Of a DNA stretch of 64,000 bases, positions 28,555-39,872 are shown piece after piece (positions within the stretch are counted from its first letter, which is position 1; every line of letters begins with the position of its first letter). The position numbers and the translations under genes are program-made. Under the pieces are notes generated by a model. It was not told where the DNA came from and did no database searches. It saw only the letters and a list, made by a program, of their open reading frames with translations. This DNA comes from an uncultured Prevotella sp. (GTDB taxonomy: Bacteria; Bacteroidota; Bacteroidia; Bacteroidales; Bacteroidaceae), in contig CAMAHD010000002.1 of the NCBI GenBank assembly GCA_945834405.1, forward strand, positions 2,645 through 66,644, in the 5' to 3' direction.

Positions 28555-29894
28555 ACCTCTTTACCTTGAAGGGTAGCACTGGAGCTGCCCGTAATTTCTA
28601 CCATTACTCTCTCCCCTATATGGTGGTTTCCTTTGTCGAAAACGACTACTTTGTTCTGTTCTGTACGTCCAAAGAGCTGTTCTCGTGAACGCTTGCTGAA
28701 ACCTTCGACCAACACCTCAAACCTCTTGCCTACCTCCCTGCGGTTATTCTCTGCAGAAATCCGGGTCTGCAGCTGTATCAGTTCTTCCAGTCTGCGTATC
28801 TTGGTTTCTTCCGGTATATCATCAGGAAGATGACGCGAGGCATACGTCCCCGGCCTTTCACTGTATTTGAACATAAAGGCAGAATCATATCCAACCTCAC
28901 GCATGAGGCTCAAAGACAGCTGATGGTCTTCCTCCGTTTCACTGTGATAGCCTACAAAGATGTCAGTAGACAAGCCACAGTCAGGAATGATACGTCTGAT
29001 GGCATGTACACGGTCCATATACCATTCTCGTGTATATTTTCTGTTCATCAGTTTCAAGATGCGGTCACTGCCACTCTGTACAGGCAAATGAATATGTCGG
29101 CAGACGTTCGGTTCGTCGGCTATCACCTGTAGTGTTTCATCGCTCATATCTTTGGGATGCGAGGTAGTGAAACGAACTCTCATCTGCGGCACAGCTCTTG
29201 CCACGGTTCGCAAGAGTGTTGCAAAATTCATCGTTTCATCACCTTGGTCAGCCAGATAGGAATTGACGTTCTGCCCTAAAAGGGTTACTTCCTTAAACCC
29301 ACGCTCGTTCAAGTCGCGCACCTCTCTCAAGATGCTCTCCACGTCTCTGCTGCGTTCTCTTCCTCGGGTATAAGGAACTATACAGTAATGGCAAAAGTTA
29401 TTGCACCCTCGCATGATGCTGACAAAGCCACCGATCTTAGCCCCATGCAATCGTTGAGGCACCACATCGCGATAAGTTTCCGTGAGCGACAGTTCGGTAT
29501 TGATAGCCTGATGACCCAGTTCAGCCTGTGCAAAGAGGTCAGGGAGAGTCAGATAAGCGTCGGGGCCTGCTACGAGGTCAGCATGATGATGATTCAGCAG
29601 GTCGTCCTTGACTCTTTCTGCCATACATCCCAATACGCCGATAATCAGTCGCCTTCCGCTCTCGTTGTTTCTTTTCTGCCGGAGTGCATGCAGGGTGTCC
29701 AGACGGTTGTAAATCTTCTGCTCTGCATTGTCACGAACCGAACAGGTATTCAAAAGTACAGCGTCAGCTTCGTCTAATGACTCACACACCTCGTAGTCGG
29801 CCATCCCCATGATAGATGCCACAACCTCTGAGTCAGCCACATTCATCTGACAGCCGTATGTTTCAATCAAAAGTTTTTTCATCATGTCTTTCAT
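28551..29894 (-). CDS. miaB: tRNA-i6A37 methylthiotransferase
   Basis: ETYGCQMNVADSE, NTCSVR, radical-SAM GCNNFCHYC and a TRAM domain. Confidence 0.96.
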   Translation of the reverse strand: MKDMMKKLLIETYGCQMNVADSEVVASIMGMADYEVCESLDEADAVLLNTCSVRDNAEQKIYNRLDTLHALRQKRNNESGRRLIIGVLGCMAERVKDDLLNHHHADLVAGPDAYLTLPDLFAQAELGHQAINTELSLTETYRDVVPQRLHGAKIGGFVSIMRGCNNFCHYCIVPYTRGRERSRDVESILREVRDLNERGFKEVTLLGQNVNSYLADQGDETMNFATLLRTVARAVPQMRVRFTTSHPKDMSDETLQVIADEPNVCRHIHLPVQSGSDRILKLMNRKYTREWYMDRVHAIRRIIPDCGLSTDIFVGYHSETEEDHQLSLSLMREVGYDSAFMFKYSERPGTYASRHLPDDIPEETKIRRLEELIQLQTRISAENNRREVGKRFEVLVEGFSKRSREQLFGRTEQNKVVVFDKGNHHIGERVMVEITGSSSATLQGKEV

Positions 29895-29937
29895 TTTGCA
29901 AGTATAGAGCTTGACCTATAGCCTCATTTCAGCCTCA

Positions 29938-31902
29938 TTATTTTCTTGTTGCTCTGATGAAATATACAATCAGCAAGACGTATGCTGCCAATGCCAGCAT
30001 TTCTGACAAGGGATTAGCCCACCAGGCCTCATAGTCGAACATGACACCGCAGAAACGCAAGAGAGCACTGAGAACACCCATCAGCGCTCCTCCGGCAATG
30101 AAACCAGAGGCAATCAGATTGCCTTTTTCTGCCCGCTCTTTATTGACAGCCGCATCCTTGCTGCGAGTACTTACGAACCAATTGATAGCACCACCGACCA
30201 CCAAAGGTACATTCAGCTCCATCGGTATGAACATTCCCAGGGCGAATGCCAGAGCAGGCACCTTGCAGAATGTCAGCACAATAGCTATCACAGCTCCTAT
30301 GGCATAGAGAATCCAGGGAGCACCAATACCATTCATCAAAGGATCAATCACTGCCGCCATCGCATTAGCCTGTGGCGCAGCCAACTGTCCCGAAGCGAAT
30401 CCATACGTCTCGTTGAGCAGCATCATCACACCACCTACAGTTGCAGCTGAAACCAAAGTGCCGAGGAATTTCCACGACTCCTGCTTTTGGGGTGTAGAGC
30501 CCAGCCAATAACCAATCTTCAAGTCGGTAATAAAAGCTCCAGCCATAGAAAGCGCCGTACATACCACACCACCCATGACCAATGCAGCCACCATACCACT
30601 TGTTCCATTCAGTCCGACTGCTACCATGACAACGGAAGCTAATATCAAGGTCATCAGGGTCATGCCACTAACTGGATTGGAACCAACAATAGCAATGGCA
30701 TTAGCTGCAACAGTGGTAAAGAGGAAGGCGATAACTGCAGTAAGCACGATGGCAACCAAGGCAAAGAGCAGATTACCATCCATCACGCCGTACCAGAAGA
30801 AAAGGAAAATGACTATAAGGGTTATGACCGCCGCCCAGATGATGAAACGGAAAGGAAGATCCTTACCCGTACGCAGTTCTGCCTCTGGGTTGTCTGTTGC
30901 CGCACTTCCCGTCTTTCCCAATCGTTTCACGCTGTCAACAATGATACCCCATGACTTGATAATGCCAATAATACCTGCCATGGCGATAGCGCCAATACCG
31001 ATAGATTTTCCATAAGCCCTGAAAATCTGTTCGGGGCTCATGTCTCCTACAGCAGTCGTGATAGAAGGGTCCCACTGACTGAGCACCGTGTGTGGAAAGA
31101 GCAAAGCCATGCCAGGCACTACCAGCCACCATACAGCCAAAGAGCCGAGACAGATGATAAGGGCATACTTCAACCCGACAATATATCCAAGACCCAATAC
31201 AGCAGCACCCGTATTCACCTTGAATACCAGTTTGGCACGGTCGGCAAGCATCTCTCCCCAACCAACCACACGGGAAGTAAAGTTTTCGTTGAACAAGCCG
31301 AAAGTAGCAATGACGAAATCATACAAACCACCTACCAAGCCAGCCAAGAGCAAGGGTTTTGCCTGTCCGGCACCTTTGGTACCGCTTACCAGCACCTGTG
31401 TTGTAGCCATTGCCTCGGGGAAAGGATATTTGCCATGCATATCGCTGACAAAATACTTTCTGAAAGGAATGAGAAACAGAATACCGATGATACCACCTAA
31501 AAGTGAAGAGATGAAAATCTTCAGGAAAGAGGCACTCATCTCTGGATATTTAGCCTGTAGGATATAGATGGCAGGCAGAGTGAAAATGGCTCCAGCCACA
31601 ACAGCTCCTGAGCAAGCACCTATACTCTGGATGATGACATTCTCGCCCAAAGCCTTATTTCGCTTAGTGGCAGTAGATACGCCGACAGCAATGATGGCAA
31701 TGGGGATAGCAGCTTCGAAAACCTGCCCCACTTTCAGTCCTAAATAGGCAGCAGCGGCAGAAAAGAGCATAGCCATTACCACGCCCCATGTCACCGACCA
31801 TGCATTAACCTCCGGATATTGCTTCCGTGGGTCCATCATTGGTTCAAACTTCTCTCCTTCTTTCAGCTCGCGGAAGGCATTTTCAGGTAATTGTTCTTTC
31901 AT
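29938..31902 (-). CDS. OPT family oligopeptide transporter
   Basis: YLGLKVG, YPFPEAMAT, DLKIGYWLGSTP and APQANAM motifs. Many TM helices. Confidence 0.92.
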   Translation of the reverse strand: MKEQLPENAFRELKEGEKFEPMMDPRKQYPEVNAWSVTWGVVMAMLFSAAAAYLGLKVGQVFEAAIPIAIIAVGVSTATKRNKALGENVIIQSIGACSGAVVAGAIFTLPAIYILQAKYPEMSASFLKIFISSLLGGIIGILFLIPFRKYFVSDMHGKYPFPEAMATTQVLVSGTKGAGQAKPLLLAGLVGGLYDFVIATFGLFNENFTSRVVGWGEMLADRAKLVFKVNTGAAVLGLGYIVGLKYALIICLGSLAVWWLVVPGMALLFPHTVLSQWDPSITTAVGDMSPEQIFRAYGKSIGIGAIAMAGIIGIIKSWGIIVDSVKRLGKTGSAATDNPEAELRTGKDLPFRFIIWAAVITLIVIFLFFWYGVMDGNLLFALVAIVLTAVIAFLFTTVAANAIAIVGSNPVSGMTLMTLILASVVMVAVGLNGTSGMVAALVMGGVVCTALSMAGAFITDLKIGYWLGSTPQKQESWKFLGTLVSAATVGGVMMLLNETYGFASGQLAAPQANAMAAVIDPLMNGIGAPWILYAIGAVIAIVLTFCKVPALAFALGMFIPMELNVPLVVGGAINWFVSTRSKDAAVNKERAEKGNLIASGFIAGGALMGVLSALLRFCGVMFDYEAWWANPLSEMLALAAYVLLIVYFIRATRK

Positions 31903-31922
31903 TGTAATTATGTTTGTTTTTT

Positions 31923-32393
31923 TTATTCTTTCTCTTTCGTCTTCAAATAGTCACCATAGATACGTGCTGCTGCAACAACCTGATTCAGACACGGCCTGCT
32001 CTTGTAATATTCGGCAGTACGCTCACTTGCCTCAAAACTCAGGGGAGTATCTCGTTTGAGTTTCAACAGTTCGGCACAGGTCAACGTGCCGAACAGTTGA
32101 CGGAATTGTTCCATCAACTGCTGCACAACGCGGTAGTTCTCCGACTTGCCTTCCCTGTCGCCTGCTTCGGCAGAACCACAGTCCATGCCAGCCAGTACCG
32201 CCATGCCACAAGCGGCTCCGCATGTAAGTCTCAAGCGACCTATACCTCCTCCAAATCCGGCACTCAGTTTCAAGGCTTGTTCAGTAGTATAGCCATATAC
32301 ATCAGCGTATGCGGCCACCACAGACTGACAACAGTTAAAGCCCTGCATGAAAAATTGCTCAGCCAAAGCCACACGCTTTTCAATATCAATCAT
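31923..32393 (-). CDS. C_GCAxxG_C_C family putative redox protein
   Basis: GFNCCQSV, GFGGGIG, TCGAACG and TCAELL motifs. Confidence 0.9.
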   Translation of the reverse strand: MIDIEKRVALAEQFFMQGFNCCQSVVAAYADVYGYTTEQALKLSAGFGGGIGRLRLTCGAACGMAVLAGMDCGSAEAGDREGKSENYRVVQQLMEQFRQLFGTLTCAELLKLKRDTPLSFEASERTAEYYKSRPCLNQVVAAARIYGDYLKTKEKE

Positions 32394-32595
32394 ATCTAAT
32401 AATAAATAGGTGTATACAGATTAATGTGTGGCAAAGTTACTTTATTTTTTTTATTTAGAAATCAAAAACGTCGAGATTCTCACATTATCTTCAAAAAAAA
32501 GGGATGCAAGGTGCAAGTATTCGATAAATTTTATTATTTTTGCAGAAAATATTGTATTATTTGTTACAAATAACAAACATTCATACCCAAACATT

Positions 32596-34296
32596 ATGTC
32601 GATTTGGATATTTTTCAAAATTATCGGCTCTCTCGCCTTGCTTATCTATGGCATGAAGGTGATGAGTGAAGCCTTGCAGAAGATGGCTGGTTCTCAATTA
32701 CGCCACATCCTTGCTGCCATGACTACTAACCGTTTCACCGGAATGCTTACCGGTATGTTCGTAACCTGTGCCGTGCAGTCATCCTCTGCCACCACGGTAA
32801 TGACGGTCTCGTTTGTCAATGCGGGACTGCTGACTTTGGCTCAAGCCATCTCGGTGATTATGGGTGCAAACATCGGCACGACCCTGACCGCCTGGGTAAT
32901 GAGCTTGGGATATAATGTCGATTTGACCTGTGTGGTTTATCCCGCCTTCTTTATCGGCATCATGCTCATCTACTCCAAACGGAAACGTTATATAGGTGAT
33001 TTCCTGTTTGGTATAGCCTTCCTCTTTTTCTCTCTTGTACTGCTCAGTACGGCAGGCAAGGAACTGGATTTAGAGCATAACAGTTCTGTCATTGAGTTTT
33101 TCAGTTCCTTTGACACAGGCAGTCACATCACCATCATCATCTTCCTTCTGATTGGAACACTTATTACCTGTATTGTCCAATCGTCAGCAGCCGTCATGGC
33201 CATCACCATCCTGCTCTGTTCCACTGGTGTCCTGCCTATCTATCTGGGCATAGCCTTAGTGATGGGAGAGAATATCGGCACTACAGCCACCGCCAACCTG
33301 GCAGCCTTAGGAGCCAACTCACAGGCACGCCGTGCAGCCTTGGCACATCTGGTATTCAATCTTATAGGCGTGATTTGGGTGCTCTGTCTTTTCTATCCCT
33401 TTGTCGATTTTGTATGCTCTACCGTAGGCTATGACCCTAATGACCATAGCCTAAGTACAGCCCAGCTTGCCAAGCGTCTTCCCATCGTACTGGCAGCCTT
33501 CCACACCTTCTTCAACGTGACCAACACCTTTGTACTGATTTGGTTTATCCCACAGATAGAGAAGCTGGTATGCCGTATCATCAAGCCCAGCTCCAATGAG
33601 GTTGAAGAGGAGTTCCGTCTGCGCTATATCGGCGGCAATACCATCATGAAGACCCCGGAGCTTTCGGTACTGGAGGCACAGAAAGAAATCACTTCCTTTG
33701 CAGAGCGTATTCAGCGTATGTTCAGCTTTGTCAGAGAGTTGCTTGCTACGACCAACGACAACGACTTTGCCAAGCTCTATGCACGTATTGAGAAATACGA
33801 GAACATCAGCGACTCCATGGAAATAGAAATAGCCAAATATCTGAACATGGTGAGCGATGCCCACCTGAGTGACGATACCAAAGCCAAGATACGTGCCATG
33901 CTCCGCGAGATTACCGAGATAGAGAGTATTGGTGACAGTTGCTACAACATTGCCCGTACCATCAACCGCAAGATGTCGGGCAAGGAAGACTTTACAGAAA
34001 AACAGTATGAACACCTGCACCAGATGTTCGAGCTGACCGACGACAGCCTGACTCAGATGAATGTGCTGCTGGCAGGCAGAAAGGTGAACTACGATGTCAA
34101 CCGCTCGTTCAACATCGAGAATGAAATCAACAACTACCGCAACCAGCTGAAGAACCAGAACATCAATGACATCAACGACCATGCCTATACCTATGCGATG
34201 GGTACGATGTACATGGATATTGTCAGCGAATGTGAGAAGCTGGGCGACTATGTGGTCAATGTTGTTGAAGCACGTATGGGAACACGCAATATATAA
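32596..34296 (+). CDS. Na/Pi cotransporter family protein with PhoU-like domain (start moved to MSIWIFF)
   Basis: Repeated VQSSSA/VQSSAA and MGANIGTT/MGENIGTT motifs. C-terminal PhoU-like helices. Confidence 0.93.
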   Translation: MSIWIFFKIIGSLALLIYGMKVMSEALQKMAGSQLRHILAAMTTNRFTGMLTGMFVTCAVQSSSATTVMTVSFVNAGLLTLAQAISVIMGANIGTTLTAWVMSLGYNVDLTCVVYPAFFIGIMLIYSKRKRYIGDFLFGIAFLFFSLVLLSTAGKELDLEHNSSVIEFFSSFDTGSHITIIIFLLIGTLITCIVQSSAAVMAITILLCSTGVLPIYLGIALVMGENIGTTATANLAALGANSQARRAALAHLVFNLIGVIWVLCLFYPFVDFVCSTVGYDPNDHSLSTAQLAKRLPIVLAAFHTFFNVTNTFVLIWFIPQIEKLVCRIIKPSSNEVEEEFRLRYIGGNTIMKTPELSVLEAQKEITSFAERIQRMFSFVRELLATTNDNDFAKLYARIEKYENISDSMEIEIAKYLNMVSDAHLSDDTKAKIRAMLREITEIESIGDSCYNIARTINRKMSGKEDFTEKQYEHLHQMFELTDDSLTQMNVLLAGRKVNYDVNRSFNIENEINNYRNQLKNQNINDINDHAYTYAMGTMYMDIVSECEKLGDYVVNVVEARMGTRNI

Positions 34297-34338
34297 GGTG
34301 GGGATTCTATCATTCCCACCTATCGATTGAACTGGATT

Positions 34339-34998
34339 ATGAAAGTCATCAATTTTAGCAGTGAAAACACCATCATCAATCAATATCTCGCTGAAATCCG
34401 CGATGTGGATTACCAACAGAACAGGCTGCTGTTCAGAAACAACATGCAGCGCATTGGAGAGATGATGGCATACGAAATCAGCAAAACCCTTGACTACACC
34501 TGCCGCGAGGTGCAGACTCCTCTCGCCACTGCTTTGGTACATGTGCCTCAGGACGAGATAGTGGTGAGTACCATTTTCCGTGCCGGTCTGCCTTTTCATC
34601 AGGGTTTCCTGAATGTCTTTGACCATGCCGACTGTGCTTTTGTCAGTGCCTATCGCAGCTACGAGAACGAGGAACAGACCCAGGTGGGCATTCATGTGGA
34701 ATATCTGGCATCTCCCGCCTTAGAAGGCAAGACGCTGATTATTGCAGACCCCATGCTTGCCACGGGCTATAGTATGCAACTGAGCTATGAGGCTATGCTA
34801 CAAAAAGGAAAGCCCAAGAAGGTGCATGTGGCTTGTGTCATTGCTTCTGAGGAGGGAATAGACTTCGTCAGAAAGACATTCCCCGAAGATAGCACGACGA
34901 TATGGTGCGCCGCCATTGACTCCACATTGAACGGACACAAGTATATTGTTCCGGGATTGGGTGATGCCGGAGATTTGTGTTATGGAGAAAAACTGTAA
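34339..34998 (+). CDS. upp: Uracil phosphoribosyltransferase
   Basis: IFRAGL, IADPMLATG and YIVPGLGDAGD motifs. Confidence 0.95.
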   Translation: MKVINFSSENTIINQYLAEIRDVDYQQNRLLFRNNMQRIGEMMAYEISKTLDYTCREVQTPLATALVHVPQDEIVVSTIFRAGLPFHQGFLNVFDHADCAFVSAYRSYENEEQTQVGIHVEYLASPALEGKTLIIADPMLATGYSMQLSYEAMLQKGKPKKVHVACVIASEEGIDFVRKTFPEDSTTIWCAAIDSTLNGHKYIVPGLGDAGDLCYGEKL

Positions 34999-35048
34999 GT
35001 ACCTTTGATGAGCGTTACTATACAGGTGTTGAAAGAAGCATGTAAGAT

Positions 35049-35957
35049 ATGAAATACCTTGAAGTGGTTTTTACCATTCAGACAGAACCAGCACTCAGAC
35101 AGGATGCAGCCGATTTAGTGGCGGCTCTTGCCGGAGAGGCTGGTTTTGAAAGTTTTGAAGACTCCGATACAGGTCTGAAAGGCTATATCCAGGAACAGCT
35201 TTATTGTCAGGAGAGTCTTCAGGAATTATTAAGCGACTTCCCTATTCCCCATGTCATCATTGATTTTCAAGCACACGAAGCTGAATACCGAGACTGGAAT
35301 GAACAATGGGAACAGGAGGGTTTTGAACCTATCATCGTAGACAATCGCTGTGTGATACATGACGGCAGACATCTTCCATCAACCATGCCAGAGGGGGCAA
35401 TCCAAGTGGAAATAGATGCCCGATTAGCCTTTGGCACTGGCACTCACGAGACAACAAGAATGATGGTCAGACAGCTCTTGCAACTTCCGTTAGCAGGTTG
35501 TCAGGTTCTCGACTGCGGTTGTGGAACAGGTATTCTGGCTTTAGCCGCGCTCCGTTTGGGAGCTGCCCGTGCCGTAGGCTATGACATAGATGAGTGGAGT
35601 GCCGACAATGCACGTCATAATGCCATCATCAACGGACTGGAAGACAAGATGACGGTATTGCTGGGCGATGCCTCCCTCTTGCAACAGATGGACAGCCGCT
35701 TTCAAGTAGTGATGGCAAACATCAATCGCAACATCCTTTTGTCCGACATGTCCTCTTTCGCAAGTGTCATGGCACCTCATGCCACGTTGCTGTTGAGTGG
35801 ATTCTACGAGACAGACATCCCTCTGCTTGCAGCCAAAGCCCACGAACTGGGGCTTCGCATGACCACTACACTGACAGATGGTGACTGGGCAAGTGTTGCA
35901 ATGGCAAGAACAGTTGCTGAAAAGTCTCCGAAGATGTTACATAGGGATGATGATTGA
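35049..35957 (+). CDS. prmA: Ribosomal protein L11 methyltransferase
   Basis: AFGTGTHETT, VLDCGCGTGIL, ANINRN and LSGF motifs. Confidence 0.93.
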   Translation: MKYLEVVFTIQTEPALRQDAADLVAALAGEAGFESFEDSDTGLKGYIQEQLYCQESLQELLSDFPIPHVIIDFQAHEAEYRDWNEQWEQEGFEPIIVDNRCVIHDGRHLPSTMPEGAIQVEIDARLAFGTGTHETTRMMVRQLLQLPLAGCQVLDCGCGTGILALAALRLGAARAVGYDIDEWSADNARHNAIINGLEDKMTVLLGDASLLQQMDSRFQVVMANINRNILLSDMSSFASVMAPHATLLLSGFYETDIPLLAAKAHELGLRMTTTLTDGDWASVAMARTVAEKSPKMLHRDDD

Positions 35958-36066
35958 TTGAAAAATTAGTTAAATACCTTGCTGTTTCAAGAAAAAAGCG
36001 TATCTTTACCGCGAACAAAAAAGTTTTGACTTGAAAGAGTCGAACTCACCTTAAAACAGGAAAGAT

Positions 36067-37728
36067 ATGGAACGAACGATTACCATCCGCTGTAAAAACA
36101 ACGGCAAGCAACTGAAGGCAGAGGCAGGCAGCAGCCTCGCAACCATATACAAGGAGCTGGGGCTAAAGATGGATTTCGGCCCTGTGAGCGCTAAAGTGAA
36201 CAACAAGGTAGAAGGACTGCACTATCGGGTATACCACAACAAAGACGTGGAGTATCTGAGTCTCCACTCGTCCTCTGGCATACGCGCTTATACTCGCACC
36301 CTTTTCTTCGTACTCTGCAAGGCAGTAAATGAGCTTTTTCCCCAAGGAACCGTCATCATCGACATCCCCATATCCAATGGCTACTATTGTGACCTGGATA
36401 TAGGAAGAGAAGTTACTGTTGAGGATGTCAACGCAATCAGACAACACATGCAGGAACTGATAGACCGGGAAATTCCTATCTGCCGGCATGAGAACACGAC
36501 AGAAGAAGCTATCCAGCTGTTCGAAAGGCTGGGCGATGAATCGAAGGTGAAACTGATGAAAAGTTTAGGTCGACTTTATACCGTCTATTACGAACTGGAC
36601 GGCTATTTCGACTATTACTATGGCACCATGCTACCCAACACCCGTTACCTGCACCTTTTCGGATTAGAAAAATACTACAACGGACTATTGCTACGCATCC
36701 CCTCACGCCAGCATCCTGAACAGCTGGGCGAGATGGTAAGACAAGACAAGATGTTCGAGATTTTCAAGGAGCACCACCGCTGGCAGGATATTCTTGAGTT
36801 GAGAACCATAGGCGACCTGAATGAGGCTATCACCAAGGGGGTTGCCCGCCAGCTTATCAACGTCTCCGAAGCATTGCAGGAAAACAAGATTGTGAAGATT
36901 GCCGAGGAGATTTCGAAGCGCAAAGAGGTAAAGATGGTGCTGATAGCCGGACCGTCATCCAGCGGAAAGACCACCACCTGCAAACGTCTCTCCATTCAGC
37001 TTCTTGCCAATGGTCTCAGGCCTATCGGCATCTCTTTGGACGACTATTTTGTCGATCGTGAGAAGACACCTCTTGATGAGCAGGGTGACTATGATTTCGA
37101 GAGTCTCTATGCCTTGAACATACCACTGCTGAACCAGCAGATGAACGACCTCTTTGCAGGTAAGGAAGTAGAGCTGCCCAAATACAATTTCCAGACAGGC
37201 AAGAGCGAGATGAGCGGCAGGAAACTGAAACTGAAAGGCAATGAGGTACTGGTAGTAGAAGGTATACATGCACTGAATCCCGAACTGACCGCACAGATTC
37301 CCGGCGAACAGATATTCAGAGTGTACGCCTCTGCACTGACGACTATCCTTCTGGACGCTCACAACTATATTCCTACCACGGACAACCGTCTGCTTCGCCG
37401 CATCATCCGCGACTACAAATACCGCGGTGTGAGCGCTCAGGAAACCATCCGCCGATGGCCCTCGGTAAGAGCAGGAGAGAACAAATGGATTTTCCCTTAT
37501 CAGGAGAATGCCGACGCGATGTTCAACACGGCAATGATTTTCGAGCTGTCTGTCATCAAGGAACAGGCAGAACCCTTGCTGGAGCAAGTGCCTGAAAACG
37601 CAGAAGAATATAGCGAGGCTTACCGATTAAGGAAATTCCTCAGCTATATTCATCCTATTACGAATCGCCAGATACCCCCCACATCGCTGTTAAGGGAGTT
37701 CCTGGGTGGCAGTTCATTTAAATATTGA
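36067..37728 (+). CDS. Nucleoside (uridine) kinase with N-terminal TGS/ThrRS-like domain
   Basis: IAGPSSSGKTT, SLDDYF, EGIHALN and SLLREFLGGS motifs. Confidence 0.88.
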   Translation: MERTITIRCKNNGKQLKAEAGSSLATIYKELGLKMDFGPVSAKVNNKVEGLHYRVYHNKDVEYLSLHSSSGIRAYTRTLFFVLCKAVNELFPQGTVIIDIPISNGYYCDLDIGREVTVEDVNAIRQHMQELIDREIPICRHENTTEEAIQLFERLGDESKVKLMKSLGRLYTVYYELDGYFDYYYGTMLPNTRYLHLFGLEKYYNGLLLRIPSRQHPEQLGEMVRQDKMFEIFKEHHRWQDILELRTIGDLNEAITKGVARQLINVSEALQENKIVKIAEEISKRKEVKMVLIAGPSSSGKTTTCKRLSIQLLANGLRPIGISLDDYFVDREKTPLDEQGDYDFESLYALNIPLLNQQMNDLFAGKEVELPKYNFQTGKSEMSGRKLKLKGNEVLVVEGIHALNPELTAQIPGEQIFRVYASALTTILLDAHNYIPTTDNRLLRRIIRDYKYRGVSAQETIRRWPSVRAGENKWIFPYQENADAMFNTAMIFELSVIKEQAEPLLEQVPENAEEYSEAYRLRKFLSYIHPITNRQIPPTSLLREFLGGSSFKY

Positions 37729-39735
37729 AACCTCTGTCTGCAACCATACCCTCATCTTGTCCTCTCCACGGTGACACCATGCAAAGTAGGGAATCAAGGT
37801 GAGTTGCACGGGAGTTGGCTGAAGCATTCCTTTCTGGTCGAAGGTCAACTCCTGTGCAGACAGGCTGAGAGCCGGAACAGTGATTCCGGCAATGGTCATG
37901 TCTGTGGTAGTAAAGGCAGGAGCTTTCCAGTTTTGGGTATCACGCGCCGAAGTATTGCCAGGAACAGTCACCAGCATATTCGTGATGTCGAAGCGATTGT
38001 CTGCTTCCTCGGCACAATAAACAATAGGTCCACGCTCTACAGCTACCATGCCGTCATCGGCAACCACCTTGCCGTTTGCCTTCACCAAACGGGGTTGCAT
38101 GTCAAAATGAATGCTTACCTTATCACCCTTTTTCCACTTGCGGTCTATGCAAAGATAGCCGTCTGCGCCTGTCTCTGAAACCACTTCCTCTCCATTCACC
38201 TTCACCTGCCAGCCCAAGCTGACGCCATCACAATAATTATATAAGTCGCTGGGCACCACCTGATTTTTCACCCATCCCGGAATGCGAATCTTTATTGCGA
38301 ACTGTCCAGCCTTATTCTGCGTGACGGTCAGTTCGGTATCACCATTCCACGGATAACCTGAAGTCTGTTCAAGCCCCACGTTCTTTCCTGCCACCTGAAT
38401 GTTGCTCTTGCTGGAAGTAAAAAGGTTGACATAGAGCGAACGGTCTTTCACTGCATAGACATATCCGGGCAGGGAAGGAATAAAGCGGCAAAGATTGCTG
38501 GGACAGCAGGCACAGCCAAACCAAGGTTTGCGACCATATTTTCCATTGGATGCCAATGGGTTAGGATAGAAGAACGAGCCGCCGTCAATCGCCATGCCGC
38601 TTATCAGTCCATTGTAAAGGGAGCGTTCCAGTACGTCGTAATATTTGGATTCTCCATGCAAAAGGAACAGGCGGTAGTTCACATATACATGACCGATGGC
38701 GGCACAGGTCTCACAATAGGCAGTCAGGTTGGGCAACTCATAATTCTTTCCAAAAGCCTCTCCGTGATTGGTGGCACCTATACCACCCGTGAGATAAAGT
38801 TTCTTGCTTACAATGTTATCCCAAATACGGTCAATGGCATGGATATAAGCCGTATCTCCTGTCAGGGCCGCTACGTCTGCCATACCAGCATACATATAAG
38901 CTGCCCTTACGGCATGACCTACTGCCTCATCCTGCTCTACGACAGGTTTATGAGCCTGACTGTAAGAGTGTTTGATAGTAGTTTTGCCGCGATAGTCAAG
39001 GAAGAACTTGGCTTCGTCCAGATACTTCTTGTCGCCTGTTACCAGATACAACTTGGCAAGTGCCATCTCAGCTATCTGATGTCCTGGTACCACACAAGCC
39101 TGCCCATCCCCGGGTCCGACCTCCTTGCATACACAATCCGCATAACGGATGGCTATATCCAGAAACTTCCTTGAACCTGTTGCCTGATAATGGGCGATGG
39201 CACCCTCCACCATGTGTCCCAGGTTGTAGAGCTCATGGCTCAGGTCTTCCTCCTTGACCCATCTGCTGTCGCCCGCCCAGCCGTGGGGATGTTTGGGGTT
39301 CATGGTTCTCGAAGTATACAGATAGCCGTCAGGCTCCTGTGCGGCAGCAATGATGTCGAGCACACTGTCTATATACGCCACCATCTTTTTGTCGGGAAAT
39401 GTCTGCAACAGATAGCTGGCCCCCTCTATCGTCTTGTAAGGGTCGGTGTCGTCAAAGGAATAACCTTCCACCTTATATTCATCTGAAGGGTGTGCGGCAC
39501 GCACAAAGTTGAGGTATCTGCCACTCTCCTCACACTTGCTGAAAGCAAGGGGAACCGTGACGCGACGGATAGCGTCCAGACGCTGTCCCCAAAAAGAGTT
39601 GTCACCTACCTTGACGGCCGTAAACGGCACTGGCGTGATAGGATAGCTGCTGGCTACCTGTTGCTGTCCTGCCACTGACTGAAGGCATACCACAAACAGC
39701 AAAAACAAAGGAATGTAAAAGTTGTACTTCTTCAT
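37714..39735 (-). CDS. Glycoside hydrolase family 127 (beta-L-arabinofuranosidase-like)
   Basis: HELYNLGH, GHAVRA, YCETCAAIG and CACCPSN motifs. Signal peptide from MKKYNF. Confidence 0.92.
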   Translation of the reverse strand: MKKYNFYIPLFLLFVVCLQSVAGQQQVASSYPITPVPFTAVKVGDNSFWGQRLDAIRRVTVPLAFSKCEESGRYLNFVRAAHPSDEYKVEGYSFDDTDPYKTIEGASYLLQTFPDKKMVAYIDSVLDIIAAAQEPDGYLYTSRTMNPKHPHGWAGDSRWVKEEDLSHELYNLGHMVEGAIAHYQATGSRKFLDIAIRYADCVCKEVGPGDGQACVVPGHQIAEMALAKLYLVTGDKKYLDEAKFFLDYRGKTTIKHSYSQAHKPVVEQDEAVGHAVRAAYMYAGMADVAALTGDTAYIHAIDRIWDNIVSKKLYLTGGIGATNHGEAFGKNYELPNLTAYCETCAAIGHVYVNYRLFLLHGESKYYDVLERSLYNGLISGMAIDGGSFFYPNPLASNGKYGRKPWFGCACCPSNLCRFIPSLPGYVYAVKDRSLYVNLFTSSKSNIQVAGKNVGLEQTSGYPWNGDTELTVTQNKAGQFAIKIRIPGWVKNQVVPSDLYNYCDGVSLGWQVKVNGEEVVSETGADGYLCIDRKWKKGDKVSIHFDMQPRLVKANGKVVADDGMVAVERGPIVYCAEEADNRFDITNMLVTVPGNTSARDTQNWKAPAFTTTDMTIAGITVPALSLSAQELTFDQKGMLQPTPVQLTLIPYFAWCHRGEDKMRVWLQTEVSIFK

Positions 39736-39872
39736 AGTTGTCGGTTTTAAACATTGCAAAAGTAATGATAAATTTTCAAAAAAGAGTCTTTTTCTTGCTC
39801 AAATCAATAATTTTATGTATTTTCGCAGTTGTAACTGAAAATTAAAGACTATTCATCAAAAACACATTCAAC

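Noticed and set aside
32428-32595. N-terminal extensions in the ORF track (Na/Pi here; similarly ddl, PII, PPIase, metG, GH127)
   Set aside because: Most run through promoter-containing AT-rich DNA or overlap the upstream gene. Downstream ATGs fit the family N-termini better.
34297-34321. GGTGGG/CCCACC hairpin between Na/Pi and upp as an ncRNA
   Set aside because: It is too short and is adequately explained as an ordinary intercistronic stem-loop.
33451-34695. 414-aa minus-strand ORF
   Set aside because: Antisense shadow of the Na/Pi cotransporter and upp, with no recognisable motifs.
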